A DNA stretch of 64,000 bases from Epithemia pelagica (GCA_946965045.2 OX337229.1:5580001-5644000); one strand, 5' to 3'. Positions 12,326 to 24,652 are shown, counted from the first letter of the stretch. Program-made: numbers and translations. The notes: generated by a model not told the origin, from the letters alone.

Positions 12326-12761
12326 TCAAAAGTATTCATCAGACAGGCTTATTAACAAGATCAAGAAAAACACTACAAGTATATACGGTTGTCCTTTGCT
12401 GTGAAATTGTAGGACACAAGTGTTTTACACAAGTGTTTTCAGGGACATTTCGAAATTTTTGGGTTTGGGTTAGCAGGAGTTCCTGATCCATATTCCCCAT
12501 AATTTCAACCTCCGGAACTACACCTTCCTTCCATCTCCTTCCGCTGGCAAAAGTCTTGACATCTTATTTCACGAATAGATTGGCCAAACTCGATTGCCAT
12601 CAGCTTGTCTCACTCTCCTTGTTGGTACGTGGGAGTTGTTCGTCGTTTTCAAGGTGGACAGGCTGTTGGTGTTGTTGGCATTCATATAATTGGCGAATGT
12701 GTACTTGTTATGCTTGGATCGTGGTATAGAGGCAGATGCGAACTGTCTTTTCCAAAGCTAT

Positions 12762-12880
12762 ACAAACAACATGATATGCTCAACGAATGACTTGGTACTA
12801 CCTACTCGAAAGAGATGTCACAAACAACATGATATGCTCAACGAATGACTTGGTACTACCTACTCGAAAGAGATGTCACA
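12762..12880 (+). repeat. 58-bp tandem duplication (also present in unit 2 at ~18218-18335)
   Basis: ACAAACAACATGATATGCTCAACGAATGACTTGGTACTACCTACTCGAAAGAGATGTC starts at 12762 and 12820. Confidence 0.9.
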
Positions 12881-13417
12881 GTCGCAGCCACCGCAAGACA
12901 GGCTGGATCATCCCCTTTGCCCATCAGAGTCATCCATTAGAGAGAGACAAGGGAAACGATCCATTAATCCATGCAAAAAACACCTTTTTTCCTTCTACAG
13001 TTACCCTATACGGTAGTTTACGGTCATTGTCCACACAACAGATTCGTCGGACGAGGAAAAGGGCCAAGTTCAAGAAAGTTCGACACTAAAAAAGCGTCAG
13101 AGTTCTTGCCGGCTGGCCACTCATCTCTGTTGGTCCAAGCCGGTTGTTATCCTGAACGGCTCATGAAACAGAGCATTCTGGCCGACAAGTCTGACCCAGG
13201 TCCAAGGAACGTCCACAAGTGACCTGGGTGCCAAGGAATGGCTGAGGATACTTGGTGTGAGCGTGTGAGCTAAAGACAATTCGACATTCCTTGTCTCTCT
13301 CGTCGCTGTTTTGGAGGTCTCGTTCATTCCTCACTGCCCACAATTTGTTTGGGGTGTTTGCAAGAGGCTCGAGCGATGTAAAAGGAGCGTCAAATGATGG
13401 GATTGAAATACCAAGGG

Positions 13418-13743
13418 GGTGTCCCATCGGCCGATACGGAATAGGATTTTGGTAGACCCTTGACCTGAGGTGGTGGTTTAAAGGAAAACGTTCCTAGACT
13501 CTGCGTTCCACCCAACGCTCCAATCGAAGCGGATCGCCCTGCACGATTGACAAGAGAGTTATACTCGCCTCCTCCCAGAGGGACGGAATACTGCCGATCC
13601 AAGAATCCAAGGATCCAAAGGTGAGTGACCAAGATTCCGTACACTTGATTGAACCATCAGCGCACATATAAATGTTGGTTCCCGTGATTCCTACCTGACC
13701 GTCTAAAAGACGAATTTCCTCTTCCGTCTTTGGCTTATTCATG
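13418..13743 (-). pseudogene. Truncated 5' fragment of the GLUT-like gene (exon 1, intron 1, part of exon 2), copy B
   Basis: [16 protein letters not shown] / [13 protein letters not shown]...SADGTP, then unrelated sequence ending WYFNPII*. Confidence 0.85.
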
Positions 13744-14044
13744 TCGTTTAATTGCTTTGAGCTTTGAGACCTATGATTTCCTCTGTCGTCTGTCGTCTCT
13801 CTCGTGTTCGTGTCGTCGTCGAATCTTCTTGGAGGGCGAATGCCCGAGGATCTCTTCTGGGATGGACGCACGGATCCGTCTGTAAGGCGTCGGTCGGCAT
13901 GCACCATCGATCGGGCCTTCTTGTTCTTCTCGTTTCTCGTCTCTCGTCACAAAATCTTTGAATGATCTCACAATCAAACGGGTGATCCATCCAAAGTTGC
14001 TTGAGTAGGAGGAGGACTATCGAAGTCCCATCCTACCAGTGACA

Positions 14045-17000
14045 ATGTTTAGAAATCATGTAATACCCACAAAGTCAAGGCTTTTCGTCTTTTTGCGTGC
14101 CGCGAGTGTTTGGAACCGGGAAAGGCATGGCGCTTGGGCATTTGTTTCGAATGGCCCGGCGGTTTCGCACTATCATGTTTCTCCCTTCCAACAAATTTTG
14201 AGTCGATTGACGGAGGAAGAAAAGAAAACTGTCAGCAATGATATAGCTGAAAAAATCGTAAAAAATATTGATTCACAACGCGAAAACAACAACCTTGAGG
14301 AAGAGGACGAAAAGAAAACACTGAAGGAGTTATGGGAAGGGATTCGGAAATGGATCAATAGCGGCAAAGAGGAGGACTTGAATTCATTTTTGGATTTGAC
14401 ACTAAAGCCTATGAGTGTTGCTGGTGGTGAGGAAATGTTGAACGATGCAGTCACAGGGCAAATGATGGAGGATTCGGTAGGAGAGACAGAATCCAAAGAT
14501 GATATCCTGCGTCAAAGTGAGTTTTTGAGGAGACTTATTGAGGGGCTAAAAAAGAGGGAAAACAGGAGAGAGATTAGAGATTGGGATATTGTTGTGAAGT
14601 ACCTTTCTGGGGAAAATCAGCGCAAGGTTTTATATGATGGATTGGAATGGAATGACGATGACACAAGGAGAGACGAGTTTGATTCCATCATCACACGTGC
14701 TGTCAAAATTCAAGAGATTCTAACCACGTTCACCGCCAGCGGCAAGGAGAAAGTAATAAAAGAAACAAAAAGACTCGGCGCCTCGGAATTGAATGAGATA
14801 CTTGGGGCGTATACTCTCAAGAGACTGAAGGCTGAAATTCCGTCGCCAAAACCCTTGAAAGACATTGAAGAAGAAGAAGATGAAAGAATTGTGAAGCCTT
14901 CGACATTGTATGTGGACACAGAAGTAGCTACTAGTAACGATCCCTTTGGAACACGTGTGGACGAAGAGTTCGCTATAGTGGTGGCAGGAGAAAGTGGGAG
15001 TGGCAAAAGCGTTTTCTCATGCCAAAAAGCACGAGAAAATGGCTTTTTGGTGTTGTACAAGCGTCTAAATACCGAGTCTTTCAGGATTCGAGAAAAGAGA
15101 GTTCTAGAAGCCCCCATCGAGTATCCCCAAGTCTGTGAACTTCTACGAAAGTTGATAGTATGTTGTGGCGAGATCAAAAGTGGAGAATCCGACGTGGCGG
15201 CTGGTTTGGCGTGGATGAAATCCACTCTGAACGAAAGCAGGAATCAATGGGCCTTCGACGTATTCAGAAACGCATATAGTGCTATAAAATCAGACAAGGA
15301 GCCGTATGTTCAGAAATGGCTTGAGGGTGAATTTCCAAAGAATGAAAGACCTGAAAAGGTGGCCATCGTCATCGATGAAGCAACAAACATTGACCTTGTG
15401 GAGGGTCTTGTCTCTTGCGTCGAGGAAATAATTGAACTTCACAGGTATCTTGTACGTCCTAAAGGGCGCGTGCAACTCGTTCTTGTTGGAACTGGCACAG
15501 ACGCCATCCACAGAGGTCGAGTCGGCACGAGTCCGAGCCTTGTCAAGATAGTAACAATGAAGCAACCAAATTTAGAAAAGATGCTGCGGAAGGAGCAGGA
15601 ATTGCACAATGCTGTGAAGGCTGCTCTTGAGGTCAGATATTGCCGCATTCTGAGGACCAATGCCAGGATGTTCTTTCGAGGAGTCTTACCAATCCTACGT
15701 GCTAAAGAACATGAGGTAGATGCATATGGTGTGACTACAATATATAACGAGGGTAGGCTGCTTAGGGCACGAGTGCCGTAACAGCTGTTGGCGCACGAGT
15801 GCGTGCAGCTTCAGCTGCCGCACGAGTGCGCCAACAGCTGTAACGGCACGAGTGCCCTAAGCGTAGCCTAGCCTCAGTTAAAAATGTAATTATACAGTGT
15901 CGATACTTTATTCCAAAGTAGACCGAGTGCTATTATTCTAGTAGTCGCTATTTGCTATCCCCAGTAGAAATCCTCTAATGTTCCTCTAGTATTCCTTGGC
16001 ATCAAGTTTTCCTTGGCATCAAATTCTATGCGTGACGCGTGACACAATTCAAATTTCCACACTATGGTGTATAGTCCAACATTATTTTCTATAGTAGGGC
16101 TTGCGCTCACGCCAGCTTGGAATTTGCCTCCGGACCACATTTGCACCCTCATTCTTCTGCCAAAACAATCAAACAGCAGGGAAACACTCACCATGGCACC
16201 CAAGAACCATTCCAGGCGCTCCAAGCGCATTTCAGAGCGACAGAATCCTTTGACTGATTCCACCAACAAAGTGGGGAAGCCCCTCTTTGAGAATTTAGAC
16301 GTGTAAGCGTGCCTAGATAGTAGATCTAGCCTTGACCATATTCTTCCAGTGCCATTACACGTGATCAAGACTAAAAATTACTAGAATAATGACACTGGAC
16401 GATTTTTACTTAGAGACCAGTGGCGACTACTAGAATAATAGCACGAGTCTACTTATAAGAAAGTATCGTCATAGTGTAATTACAAAAGAAACACGCTATA
16501 CGGAACGACTGAAAGCCATTACGTCTTATCAGCACATAATGGACTACCCTGTGCGGTACTATTTGCGAACCAATACTGTGGGTGAGTTGGAAAACCAGGA
16601 TCGGGAACTATTGCTACGTTGCGCATTTGTCTACCACCAGGAGGAGGCACTGAATAAAGCGATCAACCAGTCGAACGACAAGACCAGGAATGAACTGGAG
16701 TCCCAACTTGAGAGTCATTTGATGAATGTGAAGAACGCTTTGTACAACAATGTTATCCAAGAAAAAGGAGAGCCAAGTGAGGGATCGGGAGTCGCAAAAG
16801 GAGGTGATTCGGAAGGTTCCAATGACAAGAACGTTGCCATGGAGCTGTTTTTTGAGGAGAAATACGACACCTTATTTGAGAAGGGACTGGCAAGAAGGAA
16901 TGGCACATCCAACGCCCTGAAGTACTTGTCGTGCTCCGGGATTACGAAATTGTTGCTTCCATCAATGGGAAACCAGTTTGAGGAGGTCGTATCTCTTCAC

Positions 17001-17630
17001 TGTATGAGGCTATTTGAGGTGCAAGGATATGCAACCGAAACACACGAGTTAGAGAATGGGTGGCCACGAAGCCGTCGGAAGAATGAAGAAATGCGCGAAG
17101 AGGATTTGAAGAAAGAACTGTCGGAACTTGCTCTTAAAGAGCCTTTTTTCAGCCAAAACGAAGTGAAAAACAACACTTGCTTTGTAGTATCCCAGGGGGT
17201 ACCAAATGCCCAAGGACCAGATTTGTTTGTTGTTCTGGTGGACAAGGAGTGGAACGTGACTATTTTGGCGATTCAGTGCAAACACTATGCTCGGTTACAT
17301 TCCAATCTCAATGACTGGTGCCTATCTCTGGGCATTGGCAACACTGAAAGCTCCAACAAAGAAACTAAACAGAAGAAGGAGATTTCCAAACAGTGGTCTG
17401 CTGTTGCAGTCCAAAGCTTTCAGACAGAGGTAGAGACACTGGTGACAAGAAATGAAAATGCCGAACCACCCAAGAGTATTGAAACAAAACGAATTTTGGC
17501 AGTGTCCAACTCTTTTACGGAGGTGAATAATTTCGCAATGCCAAAGGGGCTGGATTCGATTTGGTTCAAAGAACATTTGGAGCCCACAATTTCTGCCTTG
17601 GATTTACAACCAACTCCAGCACGTCCATAA
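14045..17630 (+). pseudogene. Crinkler-like NTPase + PD-(D/E)xK nuclease gene, copy B, interrupted by a 740-bp insertion (946 aa if removed)
   Basis: ORFs 14039..15781 and 16539..17630 rejoin in frame after removing 15741-16480 and one TACAA; same motifs as copy A. Confidence 0.88.
15741..16480. mobile_element. Composite non-autonomous insertion (foldback hairpin plus TIR element) with 5-bp target duplication TACAA
   Basis: TACAA at 15736-15740 and 16481-16485; copy A has the empty site GTGACCACAAAAGAAAC. Hairpin at 15746-15879; imperfect ~55-bp TIRs at ~15893-15950 and ~16423-16478. Confidence 0.85.
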
Positions 17631-18870
17631 AAGAGCGGAAGCACGGTTAGCACTGCAAAGGGACAGCAATAGGAGTGTTTCCCCAAACCCCAATCAACTC
17701 CAGCACCTTCACAAGGAGCGGAAGCACTGTCAACACCGCAAAGGGACAGCAATAGGAGCGTTTCCCCAAATCAAAAGTATTCATCAGACAGCATATTTTC
17801 AAGCTTATTAACAAGATCAAGAAAAACACTACAAGTATATACGGTTGTCCTTTGCTGTGAAATTGTAGGACACAAGTGTTTTACACAAGTATTTTCAGGG
17901 ACATTTCGAAATTTTTGGGTTTGGGTAAGCAGGAGTTCCTGATCCATATTCCCCATAATTTCAACCTCCGGAACTACACCTTCCTTCCATCTCCTTCCGC
18001 TGGCAAAAGTCTTGACATCTTATTTCACGAATAGATTGGCCAAACTCGATTGCCATCAGCTTGTCTCACTCTCCTTGTTGGTACGTGGGAGTTGTTCGTC
18101 GTTTTCAAGGTGGACAGGCTGTTGGTGTTGTTGGCATTCATATAATTGGCGAATGTGTACTTGTTATGCTTGGATCGTGGTATAGAGGCAGATGCGAACT
18201 GTCTTTTCCAAAGCTATACAAACAACATGATATGCTCAACGAATGACTTGGTACTACCTACTCGAAAGAGATGTCACAAACAACATGATATGCTCAACGA
18301 ATGACTTGGTACTACCTACTCAAAAGAGATGTCACAGTCGCAGCCACCGCAAGACAGGCTGGATCATCTCCTTTGCCCATCAGAGTCATCCATTAGAGAG
18401 AGAAGGGAAACGATCCATTAATCCATGCAAAAAACACTTTTTTCCTTCTACAGTTACCCTATACGGTAGTTTACGGTCATTGTCCACACAACAGATTCGT
18501 CGGACGAGGAAAAGGGCCAAGTTCAAGAAAGTTCGACACTAAAAAAGCGTCAGAGTTCTTGCCGGCTGGCCACTCATCTCTGTTGGTCCAAGCCGGTTGT
18601 TATCCTGAACGGCTCATGAAACAGAGCATTCTGGCCGACAAGTCTGACCCAGGTCCAAGGAACGTCCACAAGTGACCTGGGTGCCAAGGAATGGCTGAGG
18701 ATACTTGGTGTGAGCGTGTGAGCTAAAGACAATTCGACATTCCTTGTCTCTCTCGTCGCTGTTTTGGAGGTCTCGTTCATTCCTCACTGCCCACAATTTG
18801 TTTGGGGTGTTTGCAAGAGGCTCGAGCGATGTAAAAGGAGCGTCAAATGATGGGATTGAAATACCAAGGG

Positions 18871-19650
18871 GGTGTCCCATCGGCCGATACGGAATAGGAT
18901 TTCGGTAGACCCTTGACCTGAGGTGGTGGTTTAAAGGAAAACGTTCCTAGACTCTGCGTTCCACCCAACGCTCCAATCGAAGCGGATCACCCTGCACGAT
19001 TGACAAGAGAGTTATACTCGCCTCCTCCCAGAGGTACGGAATACTGCCGATTCAAGAATCCAAGGATCCAACATGGTGGGTAACGCAGATTCCGTATACT
19101 TGATTGAACCATCAGCGCACATATCAAAGATGGTTCTCATGATTCCTACCTGACCGTCTAAAAGACGAATTTCCTCTTCCGTCTTTGGTTTATTCATGTC
19201 GTTTAATTGCTTTGAGCTTTGAGACCTATGATTTCCTCTGTCGTCTGTCGTCTCTCTCGTGTTCGTGTCGTCGTCGAATCTTCTTGGAGGGCGAATGCCC
19301 GAGGATCTCTTCTGGGATGGACGCACGGATCCGTCTGTAAGGCGCCGGTCGGCATGCATCATCGTCATCATCGATCGTGCCTTGTTCTTCGTCACAAAAA
19401 TCTTTGAATGATCTCAAAATCAAACGGGTGATCCATCCAAAGTTGCTTGAGTAGGAAGAGGACCACCGAAACACCATCCTACCAGTGACAATGTTTCGAA
19501 ATTCTGTGATATCCACCAGGTGGGGACTTTTCGTCTTTCTGGTTGCCGCGATTGTTTTTTGGAACCGGGAAAGACACGGCGCTTGGGCACTTGTTTCGAA
19601 TGGCCCGGCGGTTGCGCACTATCATGTGCCTTCTGCCCAATGGGCTTCCT
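18871..19650. repeat. Partial unit 3: GLUT 5' fragment, divergent promoter and truncated Tic20 leader (copy C)
   Basis: Homologous to 8739-~9490; the Tic20 side MFRNSVISTRWG...SAQWAS stops at 19650 and runs into unrelated sequence. Confidence 0.9.
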
Positions 19651-20322
19651 GGGGTGGGAATTTCCAGAAAGACCAGCTGTACCGAAAAACGGACGGACAG
19701 TAGAGTAAAAAGTACAATTGAGCAAACATGGCGGTTGATGAAACGGTTAAATATATATGGCAATGATATAGCAATGATTATTTTAATGGTCAGTCATGGT
19801 ATGATTTGGAGGTGCACCTCCAACCGCGTAAAATGTGAGTGGCGACTCACCCTTGACGTATCGTTACTAATAATGTAAGACTCCCAACCATCAATCTATG
19901 ACCTCTACAAGCCATTTTTCTGTCGAAGCCTGTAATTTGACGTTGAATGACGTTACGAGCTCCCGGCTCACGATCGCACCACTGCATAATAGCACCACCA
20001 TCACCATGAACAGTAAAGCCGCAGTGCACCTCCAACGAAAGGTGCTAGCACTCCTCCGACCATCAAGCATGCCTCAGAATGGAGTGTACCGTGAAGGTTG
20101 AAAAGGGCGGCGATGAGTTGGATAGTTTGATCGAGCTACAACTACATTTGCAATGTCTTCCAGTTTGATGAGTGATGAGGGAAAGTCGTGACAAGAATAT
20201 CAACAATGGAGACAGATAACGATGGAAAGATAAAGATCACAACGGAGGAACGACGGAGAAAGATTCAATTCGGGTCAAGGAATGATGGACGACCCGGAAA
20301 TTGAAACACGGCAATCAGACGG

Positions 20323-21720
20323 GTGGTTTTCAAGCATCAAGGAAGTATCTGTCAGAAGACGACGACACAGCTTCTGTTGTCGGCGACAATGGTGGCGGTG
20401 CTGCTGCTGCTTCGAGTGGATACCGTGGAGCTGTGGTGGCAGTCGAAGATCGCGTGGTCGTTCTTCTCCTTCCGCCATGCGACAAACGTTGAGTCACACA
20501 GCGTCATTATTGACGAGCGGCCACAACGACCACGACTGGACGAAAAATGGTCGTGCCCGAGGCTGTGCCCAATCTACGAATGCAACAATCACGGAAACAA
20601 GCACGGAGGGTTGCATCCAAACAACCACCATCACAAGCGACAACAGCACACCAGCAAGAAGAAAAAGAAGAACCAACAGGACATTCCAGAGAATCGTTCC
20701 TCGAGTACTGCTAGTCGCTTTCATGTTTGGAATTATGCCAAGAAACGACCTCCAACACATGCACATCCAGAACGTGATTTAGAGGAGGACGACGACAAGC
20801 CCCATTCCGTTGACTCCAGGATTGTTTCTTCCACAGCCTCGTATTTGACCTCGTGTCCGACGGCTGCCTTTACCATTGGTTATGGTGTCGGAACCTGGCC
20901 GCATCATTTGCCGACAAGCAGCAGCCGCAGGACAAGCAGGAGCAGTACAGATCGTGGGCGGGGAGACGAAACGGATGCCGAAACAGGATCATTGTCCTGG
21001 TCCTTTTCGTCCGAGAATCCTCCTATCAGCCATAGCAGCCATGTGAGTACAAAAACGACTCTTCTTTCTTGCTCGCAAGTGGTGCGACAATTACCACCCT
21101 GTGAATTTGTGCAGTTTCAATGTTGGTCTCGCCTGCAAGCACCGACTGGTGCGGCGACACAGGTGGCTGTCGTGCGGGCCGTGACACTGGCGTCGTCGTC
21201 GTGGGTGAGGAGTATTACTGCCATGGGTGGGAAACGACGAGGCAATCGCCATTCAAATAAGTACTACAATCACAAAACAGACACTCGTACAAACCATGAT
21301 CCTCCCTTGGGTTGGTCCTGGTTGTTTCAAACCTTTGGTGTCGAACAATTGCACGTGCAAGCCTTGGATCGAGCCTTGCCCAGCAATCTGCGCAACATTG
21401 TGTTGGATCGCTTGCAACAAACGGGTACCACGGCCCAAAACAAAAAAGCCTTGATGCGAATCCTCCACGAGTTGCCAAAAAAACCACAAGGAAAGGACTC
21501 CACAGACCTGGCCTGGTCCTTTCCAGAGTACTACTCGTCCCGTAATCGAAGAATGGTGGTGAACCAAACCGAGCCGAACCAGCAGCTGCAGCGTCACCCT
21601 AAGAGGTGGTGGTGGAACAAGAACCCGCATCACAACAAGATGTGGTGGCATGGCAAAAAGGACAAGACGAGCCTCGATCATTCTCCTTCTTTTTCTTTTA
21701 GCAACAATGATCCAAAATGA
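20323..21720 (+). CDS. Hypothetical low-complexity protein with N-terminal membrane anchor; possibly spliced into 21701-22129
   Basis: 465-aa ORF with LLLSATMVAVLLLLRV near the start; strong acceptor TTTTCTTTTAG at ~21690-21700 precedes another open frame. No domain recognised. Confidence 0.4.
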   Translation: MVFKHQGSICQKTTTQLLLSATMVAVLLLLRVDTVELWWQSKIAWSFFSFRHATNVESHSVIIDERPQRPRLDEKWSCPRLCPIYECNNHGNKHGGLHPNNHHHKRQQHTSKKKKKNQQDIPENRSSSTASRFHVWNYAKKRPPTHAHPERDLEEDDDKPHSVDSRIVSSTASYLTSCPTAAFTIGYGVGTWPHHLPTSSSRRTSRSSTDRGRGDETDAETGSLSWSFSSENPPISHSSHVSTKTTLLSCSQVVRQLPPCEFVQFQCWSRLQAPTGAATQVAVVRAVTLASSSWVRSITAMGGKRRGNRHSNKYYNHKTDTRTNHDPPLGWSWLFQTFGVEQLHVQALDRALPSNLRNIVLDRLQQTGTTAQNKKALMRILHELPKKPQGKDSTDLAWSFPEYYSSRNRRMVVNQTEPNQQLQRHPKRWWWNKNPHHNKMWWHGKKDKTSLDHSPSFSFSNNDPK

Positions 21721-22613
21721 TGAGGAGTATATGAGGTCGGTTCGTATGGTCAACGACCCTCCTCAGCAGGACCTTGTGGTTGTTTCTTCATGGTTCGCCC
21801 ATGGCAAAACAATCCAAAATCAATCATTGGCCGCCATCATGCTGACCATGTTCTCTCTCTCATTCCCCCATAATTTGGCGGCGATAATGCGTAGATATCT
21901 CTTCCTCTTGTGGTTTTGGTTGGGGAACAGAAAAGTGCGGGGCAAAAACATCGCTACCATTCGCTATCGTCTAGCGACCACTGGTAGCGACTCCACTCCA
22001 CTCGTATTCGGTGGAAGTGGAATCGTCATGGGGACACGAGCGAATGCAAGGTGCTTCTCGAGCTACCCTTTCCTCATCAATAGTAATCGTAGGATTTCGC
22101 CCTCGTTTGGATGTTTGCGGGATAGATAAGTTCTGGCGAGCTTAGTAGTTTGGAACCAGTCCAACCATTCATGGTTCCCTTGCTATGAACTAGAGGAATG
22201 ATGTCGCATTCAAAGCAGGGAAATTTTGCAGACATCACATAATCTCTAGTTCATGTGGGCTCATCCTCTACCACTAATACCTCTCTACCTAGTAGAGGCG
22301 AGTCCTTCATCTCCCTGTCTACGACAATGGTAGTGCCGGCATTCAAAGCGATGAATATCATGTTGTGATTTTTGCCAATGATAGTGACTATTTGTGTTTG
22401 AAGGCATTCATGGGCAACATGGATGAGGCCGAGGACATACCTCTTGGACATTGCTGGAATGTAAGGTATTACCCTCTTATCCATCAACAAGGAAACCTAT
22501 ACTCAACTTTTTCAAAATACTTGTACGGCAGGAACATGAAGACAAACAAAAACATGGTTACTTCTGAATTAGATTCAACATAGTAGATCCTTCGACTGTG
22601 GCTGACCTAGCAC

Positions 22614-23534
22614 TTAGGAGAGACCAAACACCATCATGGCCATTCCAATCCCAAACACCAGTGAGAACGGATTCATGGACAGTGTCACACTCGCACCCGA
22701 CAATAAGGAGGTCTGGTTGTTGTTGGTAGACAAGGATGACTGAAACAAGTTCCCAAATTCCGTCCGTGTAAAACAAGTATCGGCTCCACTCTCCTCTTGA
22801 ATGTGTTGGGCCAATTCGGGACTGACTACCGAAGAACCACCAAAAAACAAGTTGACAAAATCCACCACATTGTCCGCCGTGATACAGAGATCATCCAGAG
22901 CGGCTTCACTGCCCTTGGCGCCAGTTGCAACACCGGTGCAGGCCACTACATCGTTGAACAAAAACTTTCCTGATTTTCCGGCCGGGAGCTGGATATGCTC
23001 CATTTCCCAAGTATCAATGGAACCATTCTTGTTGGTATCAATAAATTCAATCGCATCTTGGACCATTGAATCCATATCCAGTCCGTCTTGACTTGCTGAA
23101 TCATCCACAAGGCCGGACAACAATGACGTGTAGAGAGACCGGAGTATATCGGTCGAGACCGTTTGGCCAGTCTCCATACGAGCAACAAGGTCTTCCAAGG
23201 TTTGATCCCCTTGTGTCAAAGAAGCGCCCTTGTTTGGCACGTGTGATTGGCCTCCTTGCTGAGACGTGAGGAGAAAGCACTTGTTGTTGTGGTTCGTTTC
23301 TTCTGGAACAGCCGTCAAGGTACGCCGAAGGTCCAATTTTCCGACCACCAATCCAACAAGCAGCAACAAAATCGCAATCCCAATAAAGACGAGAAAGAAT
23401 TTGGGCCGCGATTCTTCAGGACTTGGTTGTACGTTCGCGGCGATGTAGAAGAAATTTGTACCATCAGGGAACGGAACCGGAACCGGAACACCGCCATTCA
23501 AAAGATTGAGATTGCTGGCATCGAATTCGAACAC
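22614..23534 (-). CDS. Hypothetical membrane/surface protein with an EF-hand-like loop; 5' end uncertain
   Basis: Hydrophobic FFLVFIGIAILLLLVGLVVG, EF-hand-like DTNKNGSIDTWE and hydrophobic C-terminal tail. Confidence 0.5.
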   Translation of the reverse strand: MFEFDASNLNLLNGGVPVPVPFPDGTNFFYIAANVQPSPEESRPKFFLVFIGIAILLLLVGLVVGKLDLRRTLTAVPEETNHNNKCFLLTSQQGGQSHVPNKGASLTQGDQTLEDLVARMETGQTVSTDILRSLYTSLLSGLVDDSASQDGLDMDSMVQDAIEFIDTNKNGSIDTWEMEHIQLPAGKSGKFLFNDVVACTGVATGAKGSEAALDDLCITADNVVDFVNLFFGGSSVVSPELAQHIQEESGADTCFTRTEFGNLFQSSLSTNNNQTSLLSGASVTLSMNPFSLVFGIGMAMMVFGLS

Positions 23535-24652
23535 AGACCCGACACACGATGTCGGAATTCCTCGTGTGGATTGGGATGGTGTGGGTTTGGTCGATCATCG
23601 TCGTCCTTGCAATGGCGGCGTACTCGTCGACCCGATACCATTCGCAAGAAAAAGTCATCCTTATCTTGACTGTCGCACAGTCCGACGGATTTGCATTATG
23701 GCGGGGGTGCTTGTTCGTGGTTGGGTATTACCTTGCATTCCTGGGTGGTTCATTATTTGCATTGGTCTTTCCGGTCCAGTTTTGCTGCCGTTTTTTGAGT
23801 GCCGCCGTCGGATTCTTGGTCTCGACCTTGCTCTTTGCCGCAGTCTTGAACGGATTGGGACATCATCATCCCAAGTGTTTGGGTGGCGTGGATTACTTTA
23901 CCGATGCCTTTGTGTTGATGCCTTTGTTTCGAGTTGGACCACCTTTAGTACGGTACGTGCACACACACGCACAAGACACTAGGGACATTTGCCAAGAGGT
24001 GGTTGTCATGTTTGTGTTGTATCCATGATTCCATGTGTTTTCTCATACTGTCGTTGTGCACACATGTGTGCTGCTGTGGGATTGGTGGTATCTGTTTACA
24101 GTGGTATTAGTGCCGATGAACACGATATTCGCAAATGTACAGGCATGACCATTGCCGTGACCTTGTAGGCCTTTGTTTTTCCAAGGTCACACGAACCCAA
24201 TCCGTGGCCCAAGTAGCCTTCTTTAGTACACCCATTGTCATTCGATATGGATCCATGTTCGAGGTGTTGCTTGTTTGCAAGGTTTGTTCCTCATCTTGCG
24301 TAAATGCGACAATGGCTTATAAAAAAGCTATGGTTTGTAAAAAATATCTAGGTAGGGGTAACTAGGTCAAAAGCTACTCGTGCTATCTTTCGATTTTCGG
24401 GTCCGGTCGCACATGCGTATAATGAGTGCAATCGCAAAATCGCGTTTTGATAGAATGGCCTGCGTGAAAGCGCGATGCGATTTGGAAGGAATTTTGGTGA
24501 GCATGAGCACCAAAATCGCGCTTTCGCGCGTCGATAGAATGGGCCCCGCAGTGCATGCGATCACGCGTGACTCACTCACATGCTTGGGGGTATGTGGCTC
24601 CTGAATACGACGGATACTGAACTCAGCCGTCCTATACCGCCTTGGCGGTTTC

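Larger units (their letters stand above)
8739..13417. repeat. Tandem segmental duplication unit 1 (4679 bp)
   Basis: Begins GGTGTCCCATCGGCCGATACGG; the same start recurs at 13418 and 18871; the unit is near-identical to 13418-18870. Confidence 0.95.
13418..18870. repeat. Tandem segmental duplication unit 2 (5453 bp including the 745-bp insertion)
   Basis: Near-identical to 8739-13417 apart from small indels and the 15741-16480 insertion. Confidence 0.95.

Noticed and set aside
12762-12880. 58-bp repeat as a repeat-spacer array
   Set aside because: Only two directly abutting copies; ordinary slippage duplication.
23549-24028. Hydrophobic 159-aa plus-strand ORF
   Set aside because: No recognisable family or clear gene structure; could be real but cannot be supported from sequence alone.
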